Below, one piece after another: positions 57,039 to 64,000 of a DNA stretch of 64,000 nucleotides (position 1 is the stretch's first letter; the number at the start of each line of letters is the position of its first letter). The notes under the pieces were generated by a model. That model had not been told where the DNA came from. It did not search any database and saw only the letters and a program-made list of their open reading frames with translations. Where the stretch lies: the NCBI GenBank assembly GCA_963668025.2, contig CAXXTH010000017.1, forward strand, positions 224,001 to 288,000, given 5' to 3'. The position numbers were made by a program, and so were the translations under genes. This stretch comes from Candidatus Hydrogenedentota bacterium. Lineage in GTDB: Bacteria > Hydrogenedentota > Hydrogenedentia > Hydrogenedentales > SLHB01.

Positions 57039-58091
57039 TCAGTTCTCTCGCTGGTAGACATACATGGCAGGTTGGCCAAGATTGTCAGGTTCATTACCAG
57101 GCAAATGCACCCATGCCAATATGGATTCCTTGCCTTTGCCTTCCAGATCAGTGGCTCCGAGGCATCTGATGCTCCCCTTATCGATTGTGGCGACCACTTC
57201 CCCGTCAGACCATTTGCCTTCCGACATCTCGTAGGCCTTAATGGTCTGGTAAGACGCCACCAGCGCCTTCGGTTTGCCGCCGTCTTTCCATGCGACAAGA
57301 CTCGGTGACTCGCACAAATCTATACTTGGATCTACCGGAAGCATCGCCTTTGGTTCTTTGGCCCATTGGCCATCCACCCAGGAATAGGCCGCCAAGTGGG
57401 GGGCGCGCTCATAAATTTCCTCATTCTTCCCCAAACCATGCCCCTCCAGCACGGCCACTTCCCGCTGGTTGTCGCCATCAAAATCGGCAATCGCAATGCT
57501 TCCCACCATACGGTGCCCGTTTGATTCGCCCAGGGTCTTCAATTCACCGCCCTCGACGCGCGCCATCACCAAGGAACCTTCCCAATACTCTTCTCCAACT
57601 TTATCTTTTCGATAGTAGACAACTTCATTGTTACCATCGCCGTCCATGTCGCCCACCGCAATGCCCCGGTAACTAGATCCCTTCTCGATAGGATAGACAG
57701 TACTCGCGAGTTCGTCGCCCTCAAGTCTAGCAGCAACAATCACACGGGCATTTGAATCGCGTATAAATCCGATGAATATGAACTCGGATTTGCCATCATG
57801 GTCAATGTCGCCGTAGGCGGCTCCATTAGGGTAGAAATCTTCGGCTTTTTCAGCAAGACGCTGCATCCCTGAATTGCTTATTCGCCATAGAGATAAGACG
57901 CGGGTCACGGTGTTGCAATCGGCCAGCATGGAAGGTCTATCGATTCCGGCAGGGGACAGCGGTATATTGAGTACAAGAGACGGAGATATATCCGTTTTCT
58001 CTCGCCATATGCTTTTGAGCGGAACTGTTGATTCGTCTGCATATGCACAAGCGGCCAAACACACCAAGAGCAACCATATGAGCCGGTTCAT
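57039..58091 (-). CDS. Secreted FG-GAP beta-propeller protein, array member 2
   Basis: Start MNRL after AGGAGG. Same motifs; ends MYVYQREN. Confidence 0.88.
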   Translation of the reverse strand: MNRLIWLLLVCLAACAYADESTVPLKSIWREKTDISPSLVLNIPLSPAGIDRPSMLADCNTVTRVLSLWRISNSGMQRLAEKAEDFYPNGAAYGDIDHDGKSEFIFIGFIRDSNARVIVAARLEGDELASTVYPIEKGSSYRGIAVGDMDGDGNNEVVYYRKDKVGEEYWEGSLVMARVEGGELKTLGESNGHRMVGSIAIADFDGDNQREVAVLEGHGLGKNEEIYERAPHLAAYSWVDGQWAKEPKAMLPVDPSIDLCESPSLVAWKDGGKPKALVASYQTIKAYEMSEGKWSDGEVVATIDKGSIRCLGATDLEGKGKESILAWVHLPGNEPDNLGQPAMYVYQREN

Positions 58092-58264
58092 CGTCGTTCC
58101 CTCCTGTCCATATGTAATGGACAATATCTCTACATCAACGGGCAAAAATTCTCATGAGATATATGATACTAGCAATACTCGGGAAGTTTCACGAAACCAA
58201 AGTTTTTCGATCACCAATACACGCCAATGGGCACGAATGCCTAGCTATTCGCCATACAAGCAGA

Positions 58265-58300
58265 ACGCCAGAGGCCTTCCTATGGAAAAGCCCCTGGCGT
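58265..58300 (-). terminator. Terminator repeated between array members
   Basis: Identical to 56973-57008. Confidence 0.7.
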
Positions 58301-58327
58301 ATTGCCTATTAGCAAAGCCGAAGCCGG

Positions 58328-59394
58328 TCAATTTTCTCGCTGATAGACATACATGGCGTATTGATTTCGGCTAGGCTTGCCATCCTTTTCCTTGTTTGGA
58401 ACCTGAATCCACGCTAAGATAGAATCGCTTCCATCGCCTTTGAGGTCCACCGCTCCAATATTCTTCACATCGCCTGCTCCAATAGTGAAAAGCGCGGTTG
58501 GAGCCGTCCATGCGCCGCTTTGCATGTCATCGGCATATATGGTTTGCCCGTGAAGCAATATGATTTTCTGATTACCGCGATCATTCCATCGGGCAAGCAT
58601 GGGCGGGGGCATGAAATCCCAAGTGGTATCGAGAGGCAGCGCCGCTTTGGGCTCCGTGTTCCATTTGCCATCGCTCCAGGAATATGCAGCCAAGAATGGC
58701 GCATAGCTACGATGGGTTTGCCCAACGTCTCGACCCTGCACTACGGCTGCTTCCGGCCGGTTGTCGCCATCGAAATCTCCAACCACCACACTGTCAACCA
58801 ACGGAAGCTTGGGCAGTTCCCCGAGTATGTTCACCTCGCCTCCCTCGATGCGCGCCATGACCAGTGTCCCCTCCCAGTATTCATCCATGAGGCTATCGAC
58901 TCGGTAATAGACGATTTCGTCACGTCCATCGCCATCCATGTCGCCAACGGAAATGCCTCGGAAGCTATGGCTCTTCGGAATGGGATATAACGTTGATTTG
59001 GATGTTTCTCCATCCATTCTTACAGCAAGAATCACTTGCTGCCCGGTGCCCACTGGAATGCCAATGAAGATGAACTCCGGAATGCTATCGCCGTTTATAT
59101 CGCCATACGCTGACCCGTTTATAATGAACTGGCTCGGGATGCTTTTTGAGCGGTTTAAGCCGGTTTCACTCATATTCCAGAACGTTAGTTCGGATGGTTT
59201 TGGGAAGAGATGGTCTCAGCCATGAAGATCGCCGGGGCATCGCCTTTTGCGGGAACAGTCGATATCGCCTTAAACGGCGGCAAAGTGCATCCTTCTTCCG
59301 CTTTCCATGTATGTTTCAAGATAATGTTAGGTTCTTCGGCAAAGAGTGACAAGGAAAAGGTTAAGTACACCAAAAGTGCTACCTTCATTTTCAT
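58328..59394 (-). pseudogene. FG-GAP beta-propeller protein, array member 1, frameshifted near 59185-59215
   Basis: The 69-aa ORF 59185..59394 supplies the signal peptide and LKHTW. An alternative frame continues LTFWNMSETGLNR, aligning with LSLWRISNSGMQR of the paralog. Confidence 0.8.
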
Positions 59395-59472
59395 ATTACA
59401 TTCCTCCTTACTTAGAAAAAATATTACATTTTATCTAGAGTGACCCACAAAACGATTGGAATAGGCTAATTT

Positions 59473-60696
59473 TTAAAATGGAAGATTGTCGTAGTCCATC
59501 CAGTCTACATGCAAAGCATTGTGTGGATCTAGACCTCCGCACCAATAAAAGTAGTGTTCATTCAGCACGCCGAGAATTACATCCTCGATGTAGTCAACAT
59601 CATCAGTTCTTCCCGGATTATTGCTATCTGGTATAGGCGATAAATCAATAGCATAACCATATTGGTGTACACTTTCCCAAGATGATCCTTGTAGTGTTTC
59701 ATTATATTCAGGATTTCGATATCCTTCATTAATAGGTAAGTTTGCGCTAGGATTATTTGCCCATGTTCTGTACATTTGGACAAAGGTATCATATTCAGAA
59801 AGTACAATTGTTCGAAGCAGAATAACAGCTCCGCTAAACCAGTCCCGTGGGGGCACCTTTATGTCGTGATCGACGTACATTTGCCGTATCTTATCTGTTG
59901 CACTCTGAGTAGAAGTGCTTGCTAATGATATGTTTGCAACGGTCGCTTGTACGCGAATCGTCCAATTTTCGGGCCGGTTTGTCGCTCTAGGATCGTGATC
60001 TGGCACGGTCGCCGAGGCGGTGAACGTATCTGTATCGCTTGCGCTGGTGGCGCTTATATTGGTCCAAGTTGGCGGGTAGGCCTGTAAAATCCAATCAGCG
60101 GCGTAATTGGTCTTAACAGTTATGACGCAAGAGGTTTCGGTGCTCGTGATAAACGAGGTGTATGTATTTGGACTCCCTGTTGTTACGAGTGTTGGATAAG
60201 GCGAGCGCCCCACTTCAACTGAAGTGATGTTGAAAACTTTGTATTCTCTCCATGCTTGCAATTGTCCATAGCCGTCTATATCTAGTAGACTTCCGACAAC
60301 ATCATCTCCCTTGACCGGAACATCATCCTCAAAAAGTGATGCTCGAAGTGTGGACAAGCTATGATCCATAGGCACATAGTACCTCACAGAAACGCCGGTA
60401 TCTCCATTGATGAAATAGCCGCCTGGGCAATACCATCTCGGCCATCCTGATTTGAGCTGGTCCATCTCCAGTGCATAGGTGTCAAGATTAATATCCAAAT
60501 CCCCGGTTGCCCTAGTTCCCGTAAAAGTAATTATGGAACCCGGGCATATATATTCACAATTTGGGCCTGTTATCGTGCCTGCAAGCAAATCTTGTCCTTG
60601 CCAATTCCCTGTGCCAATTCGAGGAAAGGGGGAATAAGCACCCATGGATGCCGCACAAAACAGCACTATAAGTAGCGTAGAGCATATAGCCTTCAT
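59473..60696 (-). CDS. Secreted protein with C-terminal peptidase M15-like (D-Ala-D-Ala Zn-peptidase) domain
   Basis: Signal peptide. GYRNPEYN...S.HQYGYAIDL (SxHxxGxAxD) and a final HVD. AT-rich relative to flanks. Confidence 0.75.
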   Translation of the reverse strand: MKAICSTLLIVLFCAASMGAYSPFPRIGTGNWQGQDLLAGTITGPNCEYICPGSIITFTGTRATGDLDINLDTYALEMDQLKSGWPRWYCPGGYFINGDTGVSVRYYVPMDHSLSTLRASLFEDDVPVKGDDVVGSLLDIDGYGQLQAWREYKVFNITSVEVGRSPYPTLVTTGSPNTYTSFITSTETSCVITVKTNYAADWILQAYPPTWTNISATSASDTDTFTASATVPDHDPRATNRPENWTIRVQATVANISLASTSTQSATDKIRQMYVDHDIKVPPRDWFSGAVILLRTIVLSEYDTFVQMYRTWANNPSANLPINEGYRNPEYNETLQGSSWESVHQYGYAIDLSPIPDSNNPGRTDDVDYIEDVILGVLNEHYFYWCGGLDPHNALHVDWMDYDNLPF

Positions 60697-60746
60697 GATT
60701 TCGCCTCCCGTATAAGCGCCCATTTACCCCGCTGGTTTAAAAGACA

Positions 60747-61616
60747 TCAGTGTTGGATGGAATTGATCTCATCGATTTTCGCCTGCGCTTCTTCGGCGAT
60801 CAGCGTATGGGGATACCCCGCGCAGAATTCTTGCATCCGCTTGAGTGTCAATTCGTCTTCGCCCGGGATGGCATTGAAGTTGATCAACTGCTTGGCGGCT
60901 CCTTCTCGAATATACTGGACATATTGTAGGGTTTCCCCTTTGCGTTCGAAGAAGGATTTGGGCGACAGGAAGGAATATAGAAATTTTTCCGGGAAAAGCT
61001 CCGCCTTGGAGGGGTCTAGATACGCCAGTTTGATGAGAATGGCGTCCGCTTCTTCTTTTCGCCCCAGATCATAGTACACCAGCGCCACATAGATGCGGCA
61101 TGACATGGCGCATCTATCGTATTCGCCCGCGGCGGCGGCCCCCATCTCGAAATAGGGCAGGCAATTCGCACTGCAGAATTCCGTCTCGACGATCTGCTTC
61201 TCTTCTTCCAAGCTCTTCCCCAGCGAGATGTTGCGATGCAGCGAGCCAAGCCGGAAGCAGGTTTCGGCGCGCAGGGCGGGCGTCGGTTCTTCGTTCAATA
61301 CTTGCTGGTAAGCAGCGATGGATTCCTGGCGATCCCAGGTTTCCAGCCTTTCCGCTTTATGGAAATACGTTTCGGCCTTGTATTGGGGATTGGGGGCGAT
61401 CTCGGCGGCGCAGTCATAACACGCCTTCGCTTCTTCGGTTTTTTTGTCGAGCAGAAGCTGCTCCGCCTTTGCGAGCTCATCGGCCCATTTCGTTATTTGT
61501 TGCGGAGATACACATTCCGGCTCTTTTGGAGACTGTGCGCTGGCCGGAAGCCCGGCCATGAGCAGGACAGCGATAGCGAGGAAAACAAGCATTAATGAAA
61601 ACCCATGGCGATTCAT
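60747..61616 (-). CDS. Secreted TPR-repeat protein, copy B
   Basis: Paralog of 46249..47124 with a shared upstream region. Confidence 0.85.
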   Translation of the reverse strand: MNRHGFSLMLVFLAIAVLLMAGLPASAQSPKEPECVSPQQITKWADELAKAEQLLLDKKTEEAKACYDCAAEIAPNPQYKAETYFHKAERLETWDRQESIAAYQQVLNEEPTPALRAETCFRLGSLHRNISLGKSLEEEKQIVETEFCSANCLPYFEMGAAAAGEYDRCAMSCRIYVALVYYDLGRKEEADAILIKLAYLDPSKAELFPEKFLYSFLSPKSFFERKGETLQYVQYIREGAAKQLINFNAIPGEDELTLKRMQEFCAGYPHTLIAEEAQAKIDEINSIQH

Positions 61617-61753
61617 TGCCCTATCCTCCTTCTTTGGCTGTACCACTTACTAGATGCAGTATGTGCCTGTTTTGGAAATCCGTCAAGAACTTTTTTAGCA
61701 CAGGTAGCAGTTGACACATCGGATAAAATTGGAAAAATAGCCGCGTGTTACAT

Positions 61754-61864
61754 GGGTTTGGGATCTAGGGTCTAGGGTATAGGGTCTAAGATTCCGAATG
61801 CCGAATCTCAGACCCAGACCCCAGACCCCAAACCCCAGACCCTAAACCCTAGACCCCAAACCCT
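61754..61864. repeat. Inverted heptamer tandem repeats (GGGTCTA / AGACCCC-type)
   Basis: About 5 units gggtcta facing about 8 units agacccc/aaaccct. Confidence 0.85.
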
Positions 61865-63330
61865 CAGAATCCCGCCACGAGCGGCGGCAGCGGCGCGGGG
61901 CCGCCGGCGTAGCGCGTCGTGTCGAGATAATGGCCCAGCAGGGCGCAGCGGTCGGCGTCGATGATGTGGTCGTTTCCCTTTTCGTAAATGATTTGCCCCG
62001 ATATGCCCACGGAATAGGTGTGCGAGGCGTATTGCGATTCCCGGGCAGGCAGGGGCGGAAACACGAGGGTGTGTTCGGCCAGGCGGCGCTCGATGAGGCC
62101 CGTCATGAATTGCTTCACGGGACGCCGGTCCGGGCTGCCATCGGGCAAGGGTTCGAGGTCGATGCTGCTTCCGAATTCGACAGAGACGATCTTCGCGCAC
62201 CATTCCTCGCCCTGCGCCATGAGGCCGTGGGCGATGGCGCGGCCGTTGTTGCCCGCGTCGATGGCGATGGCGCGGAAGGCGTACACGGCGTCGAGGCACG
62301 TGATCACCTCCTGCTGCCGGGCGTAGTTGACGCCGTGAAGATGCGCCCGCAACACGTTCACCAGATGCGGCCCTTCGGCGCGGTAGACCACCAACTCCGA
62401 CGGATCCCGCGCGTAGCCTAAGTCACACCCCATATAGTACGCGCCCGGCGCAACGCCCGAGGGCGCGTCGAACGGCTCCTGCTCGCCCAATTCGATGTTC
62501 TGGAAGTCCAGCCCTCCCTGCACGCACGCCAGGTAGTCATCGAGTTTGAAGACCGCGAAGGCGGGCGAACCGTGGCGGCCCAGGACGCGGTGAATATAGC
62601 CCGGCGAATCCTTGCCGCCGTAGAGGTTCGCCAGTTCGGCGTCCTTCTCGGGCGTGAACTCCGGATTCAACGAGGAGGGCCAGTTGTATTGCTCGATGTC
62701 GCGCATGCGTGTCATGCGATGGAACGTGTTGCGCAAGCCGTTGGGCACGCCATAGACCCAGCGCCAGCCGCCGCCGTTCAGGGCTTGATAGAGTTCGCCC
62801 CACGCAGTCTCGGTCATTTCCTGGGCCTCGTCCACGACCTGCCAGTCCACGTGCATGCCCTGGAAATTCACGCCGCCCGGCCCCGCGATACGCCCCCACA
62901 GCACAAAACCGTTCGTGAAGCGCAGATGCCACGAGGGCGTGCGCTTCACTTCGGCGAGGCAGGCCGCAAGTTCGGGCGTGGTTTGGAAACGGCGCACGAG
63001 GCGGTCCATAAGCGGATAGAGATGGTTTTCGCAGGGTGTGGCGATGAGCATCTCGGCGTCGGGCCGCGCCACGGAGGCCCATGCGGCGATAAGCTCGATC
63101 TCGGTCGTCTTGCCCACATCACGCCCGTCGCAATGCACCTTGCGCGGCGCGTAGGACTCGAGCGAATCCATTTGGTAGCCACGCGCCGCCCATGGCTGTC
63201 CTTCCCGGTCTTTCAGATAGGCGGCGGCGAACCGGGTCCGGCGATGCACGAGGAGCCACGCCCGAATCTCCGCTTCACCGAGGCCCCGCTTCTTGAGTTG
63301 GTTGCGCGCGCGGCGCTCGTTAAACGTCAT
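61864..63330 (-). CDS. Phage terminase large subunit-like protein
   Basis: Q motif (RGYQ), Walker A GRDVGKT, Walker B QVVDEAQ, nuclease YMGCDLG, AIDAGNNG, NDHIIDA.R. Confidence 0.82.
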   Translation of the reverse strand: MTFNERRARNQLKKRGLGEAEIRAWLLVHRRTRFAAAYLKDREGQPWAARGYQMDSLESYAPRKVHCDGRDVGKTTEIELIAAWASVARPDAEMLIATPCENHLYPLMDRLVRRFQTTPELAACLAEVKRTPSWHLRFTNGFVLWGRIAGPGGVNFQGMHVDWQVVDEAQEMTETAWGELYQALNGGGWRWVYGVPNGLRNTFHRMTRMRDIEQYNWPSSLNPEFTPEKDAELANLYGGKDSPGYIHRVLGRHGSPAFAVFKLDDYLACVQGGLDFQNIELGEQEPFDAPSGVAPGAYYMGCDLGYARDPSELVVYRAEGPHLVNVLRAHLHGVNYARQQEVITCLDAVYAFRAIAIDAGNNGRAIAHGLMAQGEEWCAKIVSVEFGSSIDLEPLPDGSPDRRPVKQFMTGLIERRLAEHTLVFPPLPARESQYASHTYSVGISGQIIYEKGNDHIIDADRCALLGHYLDTTRYAGGPAPLPPLVAGF

Positions 63331-63352
63331 AACAACTCCTGCCCGATTAATC

Positions 63353-63407
63353 GCCACAAAAAGCACAAGAGACACAGAGATTTTGCACCTTTTGTGCTTC
63401 TTGTGGC
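63353..63407. repeat. Inverted 9-mer repeat hairpin between the terminase genes
   Basis: gccacaaaaagcacaa ... ttgtgcttcttgtggc. Confidence 0.7.
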
Positions 63408-63411
63408 CAAA

Positions 63412-63870
63412 TCATTCATCCTTCTTCTGTTCCTTCGCGGAACTGGCCGTGCGCTTGGCTTCATACGCCAGGGCGTCTTCGAGCACGCCTTCCGACGCCT
63501 TGAGTATGGGCTTCATAGCGTCAGCCAACCCTTTGCCGATAGGCGACCCTAGCCGTTCACAGGATTCTTCGAGTTCCTTCATCGCTTTGCGCAGCCTTTC
63601 CCTTGCCTTGGCCGCCGACTCGACGGCGGCGGTTTTGGGTTCGTCCGTGGCGGCCAGCGTTTCCTCCGCGCCGAGCACATCCAGAAACGACGCCAGCACA
63701 TCATGGACCCGCAACACCACGAGCGGCGTCTGGCGGACGCCATGGCTTTTCAGAAACGCCGCCATGTCCTCCACTAGGCATGCGGCAAGCGCCCGGTGCG
63801 TATCCCTGCACGCATATTCGCTCAAGCGCTCGATGAGCAGCAGCCGCCACAAATCTTGCTCCACGGGCAT
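63412..63870 (-). CDS. Helical hypothetical protein, positional candidate for small terminase
   Basis: GGGAGG RBS, coiled-coil region, directly upstream of the terL-like gene. Confidence 0.55.
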   Translation of the reverse strand: MPVEQDLWRLLLIERLSEYACRDTHRALAACLVEDMAAFLKSHGVRQTPLVVLRVHDVLASFLDVLGAEETLAATDEPKTAAVESAAKARERLRKAMKELEESCERLGSPIGKGLADAMKPILKASEGVLEDALAYEAKRTASSAKEQKKDE

Positions 63871-64000
63871 TGATGGCCTCCCTCTTCACGCCACTCCCCT
63901 ATCTCTCGGGCGTTTTTGTTGCACTTGGAAAGACCATGATTGCTGCGGTATAGTTTTTTCATGGAAATTCCTCTGTATAACAAAGACATGCAAGTGCGCC

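Noticed and set aside
56797-58327. Integron attC sites between the propeller genes
   Set aside because: No RYYYAAC/GTTRRRY paired cores and no integron integrase. The repeats look like terminators plus host repeats.
59195-59210. Programmed frameshift at CCCAAAA in the broken propeller gene
   Set aside because: The heptamer is not in the X_XXY_YYZ phase of the upstream frame, and the paralogs are continuous.

Overview
GC-rich bacterial chromosomal window. The DUF1559/H-X9-DG prepilin-like protein and the repeat families suggest a Candidatus Hydrogenedentes- or PVC-like organism (inference). Housekeeping blocks (lepA-lepB-lepB-hemW, recO, rplM-rpsI, kdsD-kdsA, DEAD-box helicase, mrp, mfd) are interleaved with carbohydrate-active genes, two copies of an ISAs1 element, a second DDE IS, MITEs and many short palindromic repeats. 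No rRNA, tRNA or CRISPR array was seen. Main leads: (1) a TPR protein - secreted M15-like Zn peptidase - tandem FG-GAP beta-propeller array at 55.7-61.7 kb, with an inverted, peptidase-less second copy at 46.1-48.6 kb, resembling a Sec-exported cell-wall toxin with a poly-immunity array; (2) two different IS elements that each carry a small DUF6788-like gene with the same leaderless promoter plus palindromic operator layout; (3) an isolated terminase pair with no portal gene downstream. All family assignments come from motif recognition, not database searches.
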